Shown: positions 1 through 12,870 of the stretch, one piece after another | Layout: each line of letters opens with the position of its first letter | Position numbering within the stretch: the first letter of the stretch is position 1 | The notes under the pieces: generated by a model | The model's database searches: none | What the model was told of the DNA's origin: nothing | The model's input: only the letters and a program-made list of their open reading frames with translations | Translations under genes and position numbers: made by a program | Source of the DNA: Candidatus Binatia bacterium | GTDB lineage: Bacteria > Desulfobacterota > Binatia > UBA9968 > CAXXLF01 | Assembly (NCBI GenBank): GCA_963664015.2 | Contig: CAXXLF010000002.1 | Location: 1,408,001-1,472,000, forward strand | DNA length: 64,000 nucleotides | Direction of reading: 5' to 3'

Positions 1-2618
1 AATACCGACCGGATCTTGATGCGCTCCATGCCCGCCTCTTCGATCTTCCGTACCAGGTCCTCATCGATCTCTTGGTTGGCTTTGACGATGACATCGCCAC
101 TGAACGGATCCTTCACGTCCTCCAGGGCCACCCTGCCCAGGACACGATCCCCCAGGGGCTCTATGATCTCGCCGCCTTCCATCAATGGGGTGATTTCGAT
201 CCCATCGAAAGTCCCGCAGTTATCCTCGGTGATTATTGAGTCTTGCGCCACATCCACGAGCCGCCGGGTAAGGTAGCCCGAGTTGGCGGTCTTCAACGCG
301 GTGTCGGCCAACCCCTTACGGGCACCGTGGGTAGAAATAAAGTACTGCAATACGGTCAGGCCTTCACGAAAGTTTGCCGTAATAGGGGTCTCGATAATCT
401 CCCCCGAGGGTTTTGCCATCAGACCCCTCATGCCCGCGAGCTGACGGATCTGCTGGGCACTGCCCCTCGCCCCCGAGTCGGCCATCATGAAGATGGAATT
501 GAAACTGGGGATGGTGATCTTCTTGTTGTTTTCGTCGGTCACGACCTCGGTGCCTAGATCGTGCAGCATCTCGTCGGCAATTCGATCGGTTACCTCCGCC
601 CAGATATCCACCACCTTGTTGTAACGCTCACCATCGGTGATGAGACCGTTCTTGTACTGATCTTCGATCTCCTTCACATCCGTATAAGCGCTCTTCAGCA
701 GCTCTGGCTTGCTCTCGGGGATCATCATGTCCTTGAGCGCAATGGAAATGCCCGCCTTGGTCGCGTGCTCGTAGCCGATGTCCTTCAGCTTGTCGGCCAA
801 AATGACCGTGGCCTTGCTGCCCGCCAAGCGGAAGCTCAAGTCAATGAGATTTCCGAGTTCCTTCTTTTTCAATACCCGGTTGACCTCACTGAAGGGGATC
901 TCGGAAGGAACGACCTCGGAGACAATGACCCGACCAACCGTGGTGCTGATTCTTTCCCCCTTGATTCGGACCGTGATGGGCGCCTGGAGTGAAACCTCGT
1001 CGTGGTCGTAGGCGATACGAACCTCTTCAGGACCGAAAAAGACCGAACCCGACCCTTTGGCCTTCAGCAGCTCCCGGGTCATGTAATACAAGCCCAGGAC
1101 GGTGTCCTGAGTGGGAACGATGATTGGTTTTCCATTGGCAGGTGACAGAATGTTGTTGGTGGACATCATCAGTGCCCGCGCTTCCACCTGTGCCTCTACG
1201 GAAAGGGGGACGTGGACGGCCATCTGATCGCCGTCAAAATCCGCGTTGAACGCAGCACAAACCAGCGGATGGAGCTGGATTGCTTTACCTTCAATCAAGA
1301 TGGGCTCGAAAGCCTGGATGCCCAGACGGTGCAGGGTCGGAGCACGATTGAGCAGGATCGGATGCTCACGAATAACTTCCTCCAGTATGTCCCAGACCTC
1401 CGGACGCTCCTTCTCCACCACCTTTTTGGCGCTCTTGATGGTCGTGACGAGCCCCCGCTCTTCGAGCTTGTTGTAGATGAACGGCTTGAAGAGCTCCAGT
1501 GCCATTTTCTTGGGCAGTCCACATTGGTGTAACCGCAGTTCGGGACCGACAACGATAACCGAACGACCGGAGTAGTCGACCCGCTTGCCCAAAAGGTTTT
1601 GCCGGAAACGGCCGGTCTTCCCCTTGAGCATGTCGCTCAACGACTTTAATGGCCTGCGATTGGGGCCGGTGATCGCCCGACCTCTGCGACCATTATCGAA
1701 CATGGCGTCCACGGCCTCCTGCAGCATCCTCTTCTCATTTCGGACGATGATGTCTGGGGCGCTCAGCTCCATCAGCCGCTTCAAGCGATTGTTACGGTTA
1801 ATCACCCTGCGGTAGAGGTCGTTCAAGTCAGAGGTGGCGAATCGTCCGCCGTCCAACGGTACCAGGGGACGCAAATCAGGTGGGATGACAGGCACGGCCT
1901 CCAGGATCATCCACTCGGGACGATTGCTGGAGTTTTTAAAAGCGTTGACAACTTTCAGCCGTTTGGCCACTTTCTTACGGCGAACCTCCGAATTGGCATC
2001 ACGCATTTCGAGCCGAAGCTCTTCTGACAGCTTGTCGATATCGATGGCCGACAGCAGCTTACGAATGGCACCGGCTCCCATCTCGGCAGTAAAGTTGGCG
2101 CCGTACTCTTCAATGGCCTTTCGGTAGCGCGCCTCGGTGAGCAACTCCTGGTTCTGTAATGGGGTAGAACCGGGATCAGTTACCACATAGGACTCGAAAT
2201 AGAGAACCTTCTCCAGGTCCTTGAGCGTCATATCCATTAGGTTCCCGATACGACTTGGCAGGCTTTTCAGAAACCAGATATGGGCTACCGGCGTGGCCAG
2301 TTCAATGTGGCCCATTCGCTCGCGCCTGACCTTGGATTGAATCACTTCGACACCGCACTTCTCACAAACCACACCCCGGTGCCTCATTCTCTTGTACTTG
2401 CCACAATTGCACTCGTAGTCTTTAGTTGGGCCAAAGATCTTGGCGCAAAAAAGACCGTCGCGCTCTGGCTTGAAGGTCCGGTAGTTAATTGTTTCCGACT
2501 TTTTTACCTCCCCATGGGACCAGGAGCGTATTTTCTCGGGTGAGGCCAGACCAACCTTGATAGCGTTAAAGTTCAGCGGATTCTTTGGCTTTTCAAAAAG
2601 ATTAAAGAGTTCTTCCAT
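1..2618 (-). CDS. rpoC: RNA polymerase beta' subunit (3' end runs off the window)
   Basis: ATG at 2618 with GGAGG upstream. Translates [12 protein letters not shown]...[31 protein letters not shown] (Zn finger). [12 protein letters not shown] catalytic motif near 1215-1250. Directly downstream of rpoB. Absent from the ORF track because no stop lies in the window. Confidence 0.99.
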   Translation of the reverse strand, partial: MEELFNLFEKPKNPLNFNAIKVGLASPEKIRSWSHGEVKKSETINYRTFKPERDGLFCAKIFGPTKDYECNCGKYKRMRHRGVVCEKCGVEVIQSKVRRERMGHIELATPVAHIWFLKSLPSRIGNLMDMTLKDLEKVLYFESYVVTDPGSTPLQNQELLTEARYRKAIEEYGANFTAEMGAGAIRKLLSAIDIDKLSEELRLEMRDANSEVRRKKVAKRLKVVNAFKNSSNRPEWMILEAVPVIPPDLRPLVPLDGGRFATSDLNDLYRRVINRNNRLKRLMELSAPDIIVRNEKRMLQEAVDAMFDNGRRGRAITGPNRRPLKSLSDMLKGKTGRFRQNLLGKRVDYSGRSVIVVGPELRLHQCGLPKKMALELFKPFIYNKLEERGLVTTIKSAKKVVEKERPEVWDILEEVIREHPILLNRAPTLHRLGIQAFEPILIEGKAIQLHPLVCAAFNADFDGDQMAVHVPLSVEAQVEARALMMSTNNILSPANGKPIIVPTQDTVLGLYYMTRELLKAKGSGSVFFGPEEVRIAYDHDEVSLQAPITVRIKGERISTTVGRVIVSEVVPSEIPFSEVNRVLKKKELGNLIDLSFRLAGSKATVILADKLKDIGYEHATKAGISIALKDMMIPESKPELLKSAYTDVKEIEDQYKNGLITDGERYNKVVDIWAEVTDRIADEMLHDLGTEVVTDENNKKITIPSFNSIFMMADSGARGSAQQIRQLAGMRGLMAKPSGEIIETPITANFREGLTVLQYFISTHGARKGLADTALKTANSGYLTRRLVDVAQDSIITEDNCGTFDGIEITPLMEGGEIIEPLGDRVLGRVALEDVKDPFSGDVIVKANQEIDEDLVRKIEEAGMERIKIRSV

Positions 2619-2634
2619 CGATCAACCTCCTACC

Positions 2635-5600
2635 TTAACCCTGATCATTTTCCACCAGATCAACGTCTAAACACAGGCTCTGGAGTTCTTTGACCATAAC
2701 ATTAAACGATTCGGGCAGACCCGGCTCCAGGAGATTCTCCCCCTTGAATATACCCTCGTACATTCGCGTGCGGCCGGCCACGTCGTCGGACTTCACCGTT
2801 AACATCTCTTGTAGCGTGTAGGCAGCACCATAGGCCTCCAAGGCCCACACCTCCATCTCTCCGAGGCGCTGCCCACCAAACTGGGCCTTGCCGCCAAGGG
2901 GCTGCTGGGTGACCAACGAATAAGGTCCCGTAGACCTGGCATGGATCTTATCGTCGACCAGGTGGTGCAGCTTCATAATGTACATCATGCCCACGGTCAC
3001 CTGCCGATCGAATGCTTGCCCGTTACGCCCGTCATAGAGCGTCGTTTGTCCGGTCTCGGGAAGCCCGGCCTTTTTCAGGAGCTCAAATATTTCGGGTTCC
3101 GTGGCGCCATCGAATACGGGTGAAGCCAACGGAATCCCAAAACGGTACTTTTCTGCCAGGCGAAGCATGTCTTGATCACTCAGTTTGTCGATAAACTCAC
3201 CCACCTCGCGGCTTGGCAAGTAATCTTTCAGCCGCCGGCGCATAGTTCCCACTTCTGCTATTCCATGGTTGTCCAGCCACTCACCGATCTGCTTGCCCAG
3301 CTGATGGCTAGCCCACCCCAAATGGGCCTCCAGGATCTGGCCCACGTTCATTCGGGAAGGTACGCCCAAGGGATTGAGCACGATATCCACCGGCGTCCCA
3401 TCCTCCAGGTAGGGCATGTCGGCTTCGGGCATAATACGAGAAATGACACCTTTATTGCCGTGCCGTCCGGCCATCTTGTCGCCGACCTGGAGCTTGCGCT
3501 TAATGGCCACCAGCACCGTGACCATCTTGATCACCCCGGGCGGAAGCTCGTCACCGCTCTTCAACCGATTGATCTTGTCTTGAAACCCCACCCGGATGAG
3601 CTCGACCTGCTCTATCGTACTGTCCACGATCCGCTTGATCTCATTGTCCGTCGACTCATGAGCCACGCGAAGCTCGCCCCAGTAGGATCTGGGCAGGCTG
3701 TCCAAGTTTTCCTCGGTCAGTTCCTTGCCTTTATTGAGCAGAACCTTCCCATCGTCGTCGGAGATCCGCCCAGCGAGGCTCTTCCCGATGAGGAGCTTTT
3801 TCAGGCGCTTCAGGGCGCCATCCTGGAGGATTAGGATCTCGTCCTGCTGATCCTTCTTGAGCCGCCCAACCTCCTCGTCCTCAATGACCCGGCTGCGCTC
3901 ATCCTTGTCCATCCCTTTGCGGGAAAATATGCGCACACTAGTTACAGTTCCTTCCACTCCCGGGGGAACCCGGAGCGCGGTGTCTCTGACCTCACCGGCC
4001 TTTTCTCCGAAGATCGCCCGCAAGAGCTTTTCCTCCGGCGATAGCTGGCTCTCACCTTTGGGCGTGATCTTGCCAACCAGAATGTCTCCCGGCCCGACCT
4101 CCCCACCAATGCGGATAATCCCGCTTTCGTCGAGGTCCTTGAGGACCTCATCGCCCACATTGGGGATGTCCCGCGTAATCTCTTCCGGCCCGAGCTTGGT
4201 GTCCCTGGAGACACACTCGAACTCCTCGATATGTATCGAGGTGAAGATATCCTCCTTGACGACCCTCTCGCTGATCAAAATCGAATCCTCAAAGTTGTAC
4301 CCACCCCACGGCATCAAGGCGACCATGATATTGCGTCCGAGGGCCAACTCCCCCATCTCCGTAGAGGGGCCGTCAGCGATAACCTCATCGGCCTTCACGT
4401 GGTCTCCCACCTCAACGATGGGCCTCTGGTTGATGCAGGTATTCTGGTTGGAACGTTGAAACTTCACCAGATCATACATATCCACGCCCGTGTCTCGATG
4501 GGAACTATTGGGGCGATCGGCCTTGACGACAATCCGGGTGGAGTCCACACTCTCGACAATACCGTCCCGCTTGGCAATCACCGTAGCCCCAGAGTCCCGC
4601 GCCACAACACTCTCCATCCCCGTACCGACCAGGGGGGCCTCGGTGCGCATCAGAGGAACCGCTTGGCGCTGCATATTGGATCCCATCAGGGCCCGGTTGG
4701 CGTCGTCATTTTCAAGGAAGGGAATCAACGACGCTGCGACGCTCACCAGCTGGTTGGGGGACACGTCCATGTAGTCCACACCTTCAGGTTGTGACATGAC
4801 GAACTCTCCCCCATTTCGTGCGGATACGAGTTCCGAGGTGAAGCTCCCTCGGTTGTCGATGGGGGCATTGGCCTGGGCGATCACGTGATCTTCCTCGTCT
4901 AGGGCCGATAGATAACGGATGCGGTCACTCACGCGCCCCTTTTCTACTTCCCGGTATGGCGTTTCGATGAATCCGAATTCATTGACTCTGGCGTAAGTGG
5001 AAAGCGACGCGATCAAGCCGATGTTCGGTCCCTCCGGCGTCTCAATGGGACACACCCGGCCATAGTGGGTCGGATGAACGTCGCGGACTTCGAACCCGGC
5101 CCGTTCCCGGGTCAATCCCCCAGGACCTAGAGCCGACAACCGCCGTTTGTGAGTGATCTCGGAAAGGGGATTGGTCTGATCCAGAAACTGAGAGAGCTGA
5201 CTGGAGCCGAAAAATTCTTTCAAGGCGGCAGAGACCGGCTTGTAATTGATTATCTCTTGGGGCATGAGGGCGTCGATATCCTGCAGACTCATTTTTTCTT
5301 TGATCGCCCGCTCCATGCGAACCAGCCCCATACGGAAGTGATTCTCGACCAACTCTCCCACCGGGCGGACCCGGCGATTGCCTAGATGGTCGATGTCGTC
5401 CACGTAACCGTTACCGTTCCTGAGCTCGATCAGGTAGCGCACCACTTCTAAAATGTCCTCTTTGCGCAGGGTCCCCTGTTCCAGAGGTACGTTCAGCTTG
5501 AATCGATGGTTCAGTTTGAGGCGTCCCACCTTCGAAAGATCGTAGCGGTCGGCATTGAAAAAGAGATTATTGAAAAAGGTCGTCGCGGTTTCCGCCGTGG

Positions 5601-6750
5601 GCGGGTCGCCGGGCCGCATCCTTCGGTAGATCTCCAGAATCGCTTCCTGAGGTGTATGGAGCTTGTCTTGCGCCAAGGTGTCCCGCAGGTAAGGACCCGT
5701 ATGAGAGTCTTCCATGTAGAGGACTTCGATTTCCGAGATGCCCCGTTCCCGGAGTTGGTCCAACTTTTCCTCGGTTATCTCCTCATTGCACGCCACCAGG
5801 ATCTCTTTGGAATCGGGTGCTACGATATCGTGGGCGGCCACACGTCCGATCACGTCTTCAATGGCAATGGGAAAGTGTTTGATCTTCGCGCTTCCCATTT
5901 GGCGAATCAGAGCACGGGTGAGCTTCTTTCCCTCTTTTACGATCAATTCGTTGGTCTTGGGATCGCGAACCTCACGCCCGGGCTTGACTCCCATGAGATG
6001 GTCCGGCTGAAACACCAACGCGGACTTGCGTCCATCGAGAACGATGGTATCGGTCTTGTAATAATAATTGAGAAGATCTTCAGTCGTCATTCCCAAGGCA
6101 CGGAGCAACACGGTCACGGGGAATTTACGCCTGCGGTCGATGCGCACGTAGAGGATGTCACGGGGATCAAATTCAAAATCCAACCACGATCCACGGTAAG
6201 GAATAATGCGCGCCGAGTAGAGCAGCTTGCCGCTTGAATGGGTTTTTCCCTTATCGTGTTCAAAAAAGACACCGGGAGAACGATGGAGCTGACTGACAAT
6301 AACCCGCTCTGTCCCATTGACCATAAACGTGCCGTTTTTGGTCATCAATGGGATTTCGCCGAAATAAACTTCCTGCTCTTTGATGTTCCGAATGCTGCAG
6401 TCACCGGACTGGGGGTCCACGTCCCACAGAACCATCTGCACGGTCACCTTGAGCGGGGCAGCAAAGGTCATTCCTCGCTGGTGGCATTCCTCGACGTCGT
6501 ATTTGGGCTCGCCCAGGTTGTAGTGAACAAACTCCAAGGAAGCTGTATCGTTAAAATCCTTAATCGGGAATACGGACTTGAAGACGCCGTGAAGCCCTAG
6601 ATTTTGACGGTGATCGAGCTCAGTATCTTTCTGCAGAAAAAGGTCATAGGAATTCTTCTGGATTTCAATCAAGTACGGAAGATCGATAATTTTCTTTATT
6701 CTTCCAAAATTGCGGCGGAATCTTAAATTATTAGCCACATGGCTAGCCAT
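2635..6750 (-). CDS. rpoB: RNA polymerase beta subunit
   Basis: Motifs [39 protein letters not shown]. Start placed at ATG 6750 (GAGGAG upstream). Confidence 0.99.
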   Translation of the reverse strand: MASHVANNLRFRRNFGRIKKIIDLPYLIEIQKNSYDLFLQKDTELDHRQNLGLHGVFKSVFPIKDFNDTASLEFVHYNLGEPKYDVEECHQRGMTFAAPLKVTVQMVLWDVDPQSGDCSIRNIKEQEVYFGEIPLMTKNGTFMVNGTERVIVSQLHRSPGVFFEHDKGKTHSSGKLLYSARIIPYRGSWLDFEFDPRDILYVRIDRRRKFPVTVLLRALGMTTEDLLNYYYKTDTIVLDGRKSALVFQPDHLMGVKPGREVRDPKTNELIVKEGKKLTRALIRQMGSAKIKHFPIAIEDVIGRVAAHDIVAPDSKEILVACNEEITEEKLDQLRERGISEIEVLYMEDSHTGPYLRDTLAQDKLHTPQEAILEIYRRMRPGDPPTAETATTFFNNLFFNADRYDLSKVGRLKLNHRFKLNVPLEQGTLRKEDILEVVRYLIELRNGNGYVDDIDHLGNRRVRPVGELVENHFRMGLVRMERAIKEKMSLQDIDALMPQEIINYKPVSAALKEFFGSSQLSQFLDQTNPLSEITHKRRLSALGPGGLTRERAGFEVRDVHPTHYGRVCPIETPEGPNIGLIASLSTYARVNEFGFIETPYREVEKGRVSDRIRYLSALDEEDHVIAQANAPIDNRGSFTSELVSARNGGEFVMSQPEGVDYMDVSPNQLVSVAASLIPFLENDDANRALMGSNMQRQAVPLMRTEAPLVGTGMESVVARDSGATVIAKRDGIVESVDSTRIVVKADRPNSSHRDTGVDMYDLVKFQRSNQNTCINQRPIVEVGDHVKADEVIADGPSTEMGELALGRNIMVALMPWGGYNFEDSILISERVVKEDIFTSIHIEEFECVSRDTKLGPEEITRDIPNVGDEVLKDLDESGIIRIGGEVGPGDILVGKITPKGESQLSPEEKLLRAIFGEKAGEVRDTALRVPPGVEGTVTSVRIFSRKGMDKDERSRVIEDEEVGRLKKDQQDEILILQDGALKRLKKLLIGKSLAGRISDDDGKVLLNKGKELTEENLDSLPRSYWGELRVAHESTDNEIKRIVDSTIEQVELIRVGFQDKINRLKSGDELPPGVIKMVTVLVAIKRKLQVGDKMAGRHGNKGVISRIMPEADMPYLEDGTPVDIVLNPLGVPSRMNVGQILEAHLGWASHQLGKQIGEWLDNHGIAEVGTMRRRLKDYLPSREVGEFIDKLSDQDMLRLAEKYRFGIPLASPVFDGATEPEIFELLKKAGLPETGQTTLYDGRNGQAFDRQVTVGMMYIMKLHHLVDDKIHARSTGPYSLVTQQPLGGKAQFGGQRLGEMEVWALEAYGAAYTLQEMLTVKSDDVAGRTRMYEGIFKGENLLEPGLPESFNVMVKELQSLCLDVDLVENDQG

Positions 6751-6830
6751 AGGCACTCCTCTCAAAAGGGTTGAATCAAATTGTTAGACCAAACGGATAT
6801 ATTCCGTCACTACAAAGTGATCGGTCTAGG

Positions 6831-7208
6831 CTATTTGATTTCCGCCTTACCGCCCGCCTCTTCGACCTTCTTCTTAACGGCTTCGGCCTCATCTTTGGGA
6901 ACACCTTCCTTGAGAGCCTTGGGCGCACCATCAACGAGATCCTTGGCCTCTTTCAATCCCAGGCTAGTCAACTCACGGACAACCTTGATCACCTGGATCT
7001 TTTTCTCACCGCTGTCAGTTAACATGACGGTGAATTCGGTCTGCTCCTCAGCAGCCACCGCGGCGTCTACCGGCGCTGCCGCCATGGCCATGGGAGCGGC
7101 CGCACTGACACCCAACTCATCTTCCAGCTCCTTGACTAATGCCGCAGCCTCCAACAGGCTCATATTCTTGATGTAGTCCTTGACCTGGTCACGACTCATT
7201 GCTTCCAT
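6831..7208 (-). CDS. rplL: 50S ribosomal protein L7/L12
   Basis: [27 protein letters not shown] motif; operon position. Confidence 0.99.
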   Translation of the reverse strand: MEAMSRDQVKDYIKNMSLLEAAALVKELEDELGVSAAAPMAMAAAPVDAAVAAEEQTEFTVMLTDSGEKKIQVIKVVRELTSLGLKEAKDLVDGAPKALKEGVPKDEAEAVKKKVEEAGGKAEIK

Positions 7209-7251
7209 AAACGCGTACCCCCTTTAACCGATATAAAGACAAACTATAGAC

Positions 7252-7773
7252 TTACTGTTCCGGTTTACTCTTGCGCACCGTATCCAGAAGACGCACCACC
7301 CTTGCGCCCGGCTCCTGGATCAACCGCACGAGTTGAGTTGCTGGTGCCTGCATAAGCGCTAGAAGCTTGGCCTGGAGTTGCTCACGACTCGGCATCTTGG
7401 CCAAGTCTTTCACTTTCTCCGGTTCCAAGAACTCGCCTTCCAAGACACCGCCCTTGATTTTGAGCATCCCGTGGTGTTCGGAGAACTTGACCAGGGCCTT
7501 GGAAAGACTCACTGGATCCTGATAGGAAAAGACCCACCCATTGGGGCCCTTGAGAAGAGGCTCCAACACGGCAAACTCACCATCCTTCATCGCGATCCGC
7601 ACCAGGGTGTTCTTGATGACCTTGTACTCCCCGTCGGCACCATACATTTCACGGCGCAGTTCGGCCATTTGCCCTACGGTTAAACCCCGGTACTCGGTCA
7701 AGATCGCCATCTTGGCAGCGTCGAACTTACCCTTAACAGCGGCGACGTTTTCACTTTTTTGCTCTCGATTCAA
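7252..7773 (-). CDS. rplJ: 50S ribosomal protein L10
   Basis: YRGLTV, VIKNTL, LAKMPSREQL motifs; TTG start with AGGAGG upstream. Confidence 0.98.
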   Translation of the reverse strand: MNREQKSENVAAVKGKFDAAKMAILTEYRGLTVGQMAELRREMYGADGEYKVIKNTLVRIAMKDGEFAVLEPLLKGPNGWVFSYQDPVSLSKALVKFSEHHGMLKIKGGVLEGEFLEPEKVKDLAKMPSREQLQAKLLALMQAPATQLVRLIQEPGARVVRLLDTVRKSKPEQ

Positions 7774-7800
7774 AAGCGTATCCTCCTGAACTCAACAGGG

Positions 7801-8505
7801 CTATGCGGACATTCCCTGAACCAATGCTGGATCAACCTTAATGCCCGGCCCCATGGTCGCTGAAAGAGCAACCCCGCGTATGTAGCTACCTTTTGACGAC
7901 GCCGGCTTAGCCCGCACCAGGGATGCAAGCACTGTCTTGACGTTTTCAAGGAGCTGTTCCTCCGAAAAAGAGACCTTTCCCAAAGGTAGGTGAACGTTGC
8001 CCGCCTTGTCGACTCTGAACTCCAGCTTACCGGCCTTGAGCTCCTGTACGGCCTTGCCTATTTCTATGGATACGGTGCCAGCCTTGGGATTGGGCATAAG
8101 GCCTCGAGGGCCCAGAATTTTTCCAATCCTTCCAACCGCTGCCATCATGTCGGGCGTGGCTACTGTCTTATCAAAGTCCAACCAACCCTCACCGATCTTT
8201 TTGACCAGGTCCTCCCCGCCTACAAAATCCGCACCAGCCTCCTGGGCTTCTTTCTCCTTGTCACCCTTGGCAAAGGCCAGAACCCGCACCGGCTTGCCCA
8301 TTCCATGGGGCAGCATCACCGTCCCACGAATGTTCTGATCCGCCTGCCGGGGATCTACGCCGAGTCTCACGGCCAACTCCACCGTCTCATCAAACTTGAC
8401 CCGCGCCGTGTCCCGGACCAGATGAAGGGCTTCCTCTAATGTATACTTTCGAGTTCGATCGACCTTGGCCACTGCTGCACGATATGATTTTGCTCCAGCT
8501 TTCAC
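7801..8505 (-). CDS. rplA: 50S ribosomal protein L1
   Basis: [23 protein letters not shown] motifs. GTG at 8505 has GAGGAG upstream (alternative start 8517). Confidence 0.98.
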   Translation of the reverse strand: MKAGAKSYRAAVAKVDRTRKYTLEEALHLVRDTARVKFDETVELAVRLGVDPRQADQNIRGTVMLPHGMGKPVRVLAFAKGDKEKEAQEAGADFVGGEDLVKKIGEGWLDFDKTVATPDMMAAVGRIGKILGPRGLMPNPKAGTVSIEIGKAVQELKAGKLEFRVDKAGNVHLPLGKVSFSEEQLLENVKTVLASLVRAKPASSKGSYIRGVALSATMGPGIKVDPALVQGMSA

Positions 8506-8516
8506 AGTACTCCTCA

Positions 8517-8942
8517 CTAATCGACGATTTCTAAACCCAAACTCTTTGCCGTCCCCTCCACCGACTTCTCAGCCCCATCCAGATCCCGAGCGGTAAGATC
8601 GGCCAATTTGAGTTGTCCAATTTCTCGGATCTGGGCTCGGGTGACCTTTCCCACCGTTTGCTTCCCTGGCTCCTTCGATCCCTTTTCGATTCCCGCGGCC
8701 TTCTTCAGCAGCACCGACGCCGGGGGAGTCTTAGTGATAAAGGTAAAGGATTTGTCCGCATAAACCGTGATCACCACGGGGGTAACCATTTCCTGCTGCG
8801 ATTGGGTGGCGGCATTGAACGCCTTGCAGAAATCCATGATGTTGACCCCTCGCTGGCCCAGGGCAGGGCCCACCGGGGGGCTCGGATTGGCCTGACCCGC
8901 AGGGATCTGTAACTTTATTTCTCCAATAACTTTCTTAGCCAT
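8517..8942 (-). CDS. rplK: 50S ribosomal protein L11
   Basis: [34 protein letters not shown]. Confidence 0.99.
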   Translation of the reverse strand: MAKKVIGEIKLQIPAGQANPSPPVGPALGQRGVNIMDFCKAFNAATQSQQEMVTPVVITVYADKSFTFITKTPPASVLLKKAAGIEKGSKEPGKQTVGKVTRAQIREIGQLKLADLTARDLDGAEKSVEGTAKSLGLEIVD

Positions 8943-9003
8943 AATTCAAATCAACCCTGTATAACGTTAAGTCCTTGTAAAGGGTTCAAGCTCTGGGACG
9001 TCT

Positions 9004-9534
9004 TCAACTTCGTTCCACTTGAACAAAATCCAACTCCACCGGCGTAGCCCGTCCGAAGATGCTGATGAGAACCCTAAGCTTGCCCTTTTCCGGTCGTACG
9101 TCCTCTACCACTCCGTTGAAGTCCGAAAACGGGCCGTCGACCACTTTGACATTCTCCCCTACCGAATAGATCACCCGAGGTCGGGGCTTCGCTGCCCCCT
9201 CTTCCATCTGCTGGGTGATTTCTAGAATCCCCTCATCGCTTACCGACGGCGGGTTCGTCCCCCCGCCTACGAACCCGGTGACCTTGGGGGTTCCCTTGAC
9301 CACGTGCCACGTCTCGTCGGTGAGCTCCATTTGCACAAGGATGTAACCAGGAAAGAACTTTCTCGATGAGGTTTTCTTCTTTCCCTTGACGAGTTCGACG
9401 ACCGTCTCTACTGGCACCAGTATTTCACCGAACTGATCCTGTTGGCCCAGGGCCTTGATTCGTTCCGTCAAGGCCGCCTTGGCCTTGTGCTCGAAGCCGG
9501 AAAACGTATGCACCACGTACCATTTCTTCGCCAT
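9004..9534 (-). CDS. nusG: Transcription termination/antitermination factor NusG
   Basis: WYVVHTFSG, FFPGYILV, KOW domain GPFSDFNG, IFGRATPVEL. Confidence 0.99.
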   Translation of the reverse strand: MAKKWYVVHTFSGFEHKAKAALTERIKALGQQDQFGEILVPVETVVELVKGKKKTSSRKFFPGYILVQMELTDETWHVVKGTPKVTGFVGGGTNPPSVSDEGILEITQQMEEGAAKPRPRVIYSVGENVKVVDGPFSDFNGVVEDVRPEKGKLRVLISIFGRATPVELDFVQVERS

Positions 9535-9564
9535 TTTAGGGGACCTATTCGTCGTTAAGTAAGG

Positions 9565-9783
9565 TTAACTTCTGAGCAGCGCCTGCACCGCCTGAGTCAG
9601 GCCGTAATCCACCACGGCTAGATACAGAGCAACCAGTAAAACAAAGACCACCACCACCGATGTTGCTGCATAGGTTTCCTTGCGCGTCGGCCAGTGGACC
9701 CGTTTGAGCTCCTGCCAAGCCTCCTTAAAAAAAGTAACGGCTGGCTGAATACTAGCCTGGACCTTCCCCATCCCTTCTCCCAT
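9565..9783 (-). CDS. secE: Preprotein translocase subunit SecE
   Basis: ELKRVHWPTRKE plus one TM helix. Start at ATG 9783 or 9771; the ORF-track extension runs into tRNA-Trp. Confidence 0.96.
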   Translation of the reverse strand: MGEGMGKVQASIQPAVTFFKEAWQELKRVHWPTRKETYAATSVVVVFVLLVALYLAVVDYGLTQAVQALLRS

Positions 9784-9805
9784 CAACCTACCTAACGCGA
9801 CAATA

Positions 9806-9883
9806 TGGCGGGTCAGGCAGGACTCGAACCTGCAACAACCGGATTTGGAGTCCGGCGCTCTAACCAATTGGAGCTACTGACCC
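9806..9883 (-). tRNA. tRNA-Trp(CCA)
   Basis: Cloverleaf GGGTCAG/CTGACCC, anticodon loop CT-CCA-AA, TTCGA T-loop, encoded CCA. Confidence 0.98.
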
Positions 9884-9898
9884 GGAATCTCCTCACTG

Positions 9899-10051
9899 CT
9901 ACACTTTAATTTCTTTGTGCACCGTATGGGCGCGACAGGAAGGACAGAATTTTTTAAAGGCCAACTTGTCTGTAGTCTTCTTCTTGTTTTTCGATCCAGT
10001 GTAATTTTTCCCCTTGCACTGGTCACAAGCAAAGCCAATGAGATCCCGCAT
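9899..10051 (-). CDS. rpmG: 50S ribosomal protein L33, zinc-binding (two CxxC) form
   Basis: Manual translation MRDLIGFACDQCKGKNYTGSKNKKKTTDKLAFKKFCPSCRAHTVHKEIKV (50 aa, below the ORF-track cutoff); canonical tuf-rpmG-trpT-secE position. Confidence 0.97.
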   Translation of the reverse strand: MRDLIGFACDQCKGKNYTGSKNKKKTTDKLAFKKFCPSCRAHTVHKEIKV

Positions 10052-10074
10052 AATCCCCTCTCTACTCCGTAAAC

Positions 10075-11265
10075 TTACGCTATAATCTTAGTCACGACTC
10101 CGGCCCCAACGGTCCGACCGCCCTCGCGGATAGCGAAGCGGAGCCCTTCTTCCATGGCGACGGGGTTAATCAAACTGATCTCCATGGTCACATTGTCTCC
10201 GGGCATAATCATCTCGGTCCCTTCGGGAAGTTTCACGACACCCGTAACGTCGGTGGTTCGGATGTAGAACTGGGGCCGGTATCCGTTAAAAAACGGGGTG
10301 TGCCGCCCTCCCTCTTCCTTGGTCAGGACGTAGGACTCCGCATTGAACTGGGTGTGCGGGGTAATACTACCGGGTTTGGACAGGACCTGGCCGCGTTCCA
10401 CATCCTCGCGCTTCAAACCGCGGAGCAGGACTCCGACGTTGTCTCCGGCGCGGCCTTCGTCGAGAAGCTTGCGAAACATCTCAACACCTGTCGCTATCGT
10501 CTTTACGGTGTCCTTGAATCCGACGATTTCCACCTCATCGCCGACTTTGACAACGCCCCTTTCGATTCTTCCCGTTACCACTGTCCCACGCCCGCTGATG
10601 GTAAAGACATCTTCCACGGGCATTATGAACGGCTTGTCAATAACGCGCACGGGCTCGGGGATGTAACTGTCCACAGCGTCCATCAACTTCATGACGGCGG
10701 CTTCTCCCATGTCGCTTCCATCCCCTTCAGAGGCTTTCAGTGCGCTGCCGACTACAATAGGGATATCATCGCCGGGGAATTTGTATTTGGACAGGAGCTC
10801 TCTAACTTCCAACTCGACGAGCTCGAGCAGCTCCGAATCGTCGACCATATCGGCCTTGTTGAGAAAGACCACGATGGAGGGAACGCCAACCTGGCGCGCC
10901 AATAGGATATGTTCACGTGTCTGGGGCATAGGTCCGTCAGCTGCCGAGACAACCAAAATGGCACCATCCATCTGGGCCGCACCGGTGATCATGTTTTTAA
11001 CGTAGTCTGCGTGACCGGGACAGTCCACGTGGGCGTAGTGTCTCTTTTCGGTCTCGTACTCCACGTGGGAGATGTTGATGGTCAGCCCTCTTTCCTTTTC
11101 CTCTGGAGCCTTGTCGATCTGATCGTAGGCCAAACCTTGGGCCCATCCTTTTTTCTCAAGGACTTTGGTAATCGCCATGGTGAGCGTTGTCTTTCCATGG
11201 TCCACGTGACCGATGGTCCCAATATTGAGGTGAGGCTTCTTCCTCTCAAACTTCTGTTTACTCAT
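10075..11265 (-). CDS. tuf: Elongation factor Tu
   Basis: [34 protein letters not shown]. Confidence 0.99.
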   Translation of the reverse strand: MSKQKFERKKPHLNIGTIGHVDHGKTTLTMAITKVLEKKGWAQGLAYDQIDKAPEEKERGLTINISHVEYETEKRHYAHVDCPGHADYVKNMITGAAQMDGAILVVSAADGPMPQTREHILLARQVGVPSIVVFLNKADMVDDSELLELVELEVRELLSKYKFPGDDIPIVVGSALKASEGDGSDMGEAAVMKLMDAVDSYIPEPVRVIDKPFIMPVEDVFTISGRGTVVTGRIERGVVKVGDEVEIVGFKDTVKTIATGVEMFRKLLDEGRAGDNVGVLLRGLKREDVERGQVLSKPGSITPHTQFNAESYVLTKEEGGRHTPFFNGYRPQFYIRTTDVTGVVKLPEGTEMIMPGDNVTMEISLINPVAMEEGLRFAIREGGRTVGAGVVTKIIA

Positions 11266-11383
11266 CCTTTTCTCCTAATCCTCCTAAAGGTAATCGTCCC
11301 ATTTCAAAAATCCCTCACGTCAGTTCTAAAAGTTTCACTTCTTATCAACTCGGCACTCGTGTCAAAAGGGTCCTTCAAGTCAA

Positions 11384-11456
11384 AGCCCAGGAGCGGGCTT
11401 GAACCGCCGACCTCGTCCTTACCAAGGACGTGCTCTACCAACTGAGCTACCTGGGC
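11384..11456 (-). tRNA. tRNA-Thr(GGT), CCA not encoded
   Basis: GCCCAGG/CCTGGGC acceptor stem, anticodon loop TT-GGT-AA. Confidence 0.97.
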
Positions 11457-11480
11457 ACAACGAACGATCCAAGGTAAGAC

Positions 11481-11557
11481 TGGAGCGGGAAACGGGATTC
11501 GAACCCGCGACCCCGAGCTTGGAAGGCTCGTGCTCTAGCCAGCTGAGCTATTCCCGC
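11481..11557 (-). tRNA. tRNA-Gly(TCC)
   Basis: GCGGGAA/TTCCCGC stem, loop CT-TCC-AA, encoded CCA. Confidence 0.98.
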
Positions 11558-11627
11558 CAGACTCACCAAACCAACCAAATGATATAAAAAGCCCTGTCCG
11601 AACGGCTCGTATCCTACGCCCTTTAAA

Positions 11628-11713
<86 letters not shown>

Positions 11714-11769
11714 GCGTTAGCCAATTACCTCAATCTGCCAAACGTCGACCCAACATTTTAAAAACAATC

Positions 11770-11844
11770 TGGAGCTGGCGATAGGAATTGAACCTACAAC
11801 CTGCTGATTACAAATCAGCTGCTCTCCCATTGAGCTACGCCAGC
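11770..11844 (-). tRNA. tRNA-Thr(TGT)
   Basis: GCTGGCG/CGCCAGC stem, loop TT-TGT-AA, encoded CCA. Confidence 0.98.
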
Positions 11845-12028
11845 TTCGGAGGAAAAAATACACCCGCACAATTTCCCCACCATGCCTAGAAAATGGCCAC
11901 GGCGAAGCTAAACACAACTATACAATGATGTATCCTTAGTCGCTATGACGAAAGATCAAGTATAAAGAGTACTTACCCCTTGTGCCACCTTTGCAATCTT
12001 TTATAATAGTCATTAATTCCAAAAAATG

Positions 12029-12814
12029 TCAACTGTTTGCACCACTTTTTTTCTGCCGCACCAATTCGTAGATGAACATCCCCCCGGAAACGGAGACATT
12101 TAGAGATGCGATTTTACCACTCATGGGGATGGTAACTATAAAATCGCACTCGGTACGGACCAGGGGGCGAATACCTTCCCCTTCACTTCCCAGGACAACG
12201 ACCAATTTTTCAGGATAGATTCTGCGTCCGATCTCTTCCCCCTCCTCTGCGGCCAGTCCCACAACCCAGTAGTCGCGCTCCTTGAGATCGGCCAGAGCGC
12301 GCCTCAGGTTGGTTACCCGATAGATCCGCACATAGGCTACCGCCCCTGCCGAAGCTTTGATAACCGTCGGGGTCACACCGACGGAGCGGTCCTTAAGAAT
12401 AATAATGTCCCGCACCCCCATGCCCTCTGCGGTTCGAATCAGGCTACCAAAGTTCTGCGGATCCGTAATCCCATCCAGGGCCAAGATCCATTGGGGATCA
12501 GGGGTCTGGGATAATCCCGATAAGAGTTTGGCAAAATCCGTATAGTCGGCCTGGGCGACCTTGGCGACAACTCCCTGGTGCCTCTCGCCCCCGGCCAAAC
12601 GGTTCAAGACCCTGACGTCGACGGTGTCCACCCTGACGCCCCAACGCCGGGCGGTTTCCTGAACGGCCTTGAGGGCCTTCCCCCTGGCACCTCGAGCCAT
12701 TAGGATCTCAGATACATCCTCATGAGACTCGTTGAGCCGTTCCAGAACGGGATGAATCCCGAACAGGATGGAAGTTTTTTCATCTTTTTGTGTCAATGAC
12801 TCGCCAGAACTCAT
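12029..12814 (-). CDS. rlmB: 23S rRNA Gm2251 2'-O-methyltransferase (SpoU/TrmH family)
   Basis: HQGVVA, LDGITDPQNFGSLIRTA, VLGSEGEG, IPMSGKIASLNVSVS SPOUT motifs. Confidence 0.95.
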   Translation of the reverse strand: MSSGESLTQKDEKTSILFGIHPVLERLNESHEDVSEILMARGARGKALKAVQETARRWGVRVDTVDVRVLNRLAGGERHQGVVAKVAQADYTDFAKLLSGLSQTPDPQWILALDGITDPQNFGSLIRTAEGMGVRDIIILKDRSVGVTPTVIKASAGAVAYVRIYRVTNLRRALADLKERDYWVVGLAAEEGEEIGRRIYPEKLVVVLGSEGEGIRPLVRTECDFIVTIPMSGKIASLNVSVSGGMFIYELVRQKKSGANS

Positions 12815-12870
12815 TCCAAGTATATTACAAACTTTTTTTCACCAGATAAACCAGATAACATGGGTTCACA

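Noticed and set aside
16-2543. Many plus-strand ORFs of 70-240 aa here and opposite rpoB, tuf, lon and addAB
   Set aside because: Antisense shadows of long genes on the other strand; no recognisable motifs.
5161-5200. RpoB SQFLDQ instead of SQFMDQ (E. coli M515 position) as possible rifampicin resistance
   Set aside because: Conservative change; the key contact residues equivalent to Q513, D516, H526, R529 and S531 are retained.
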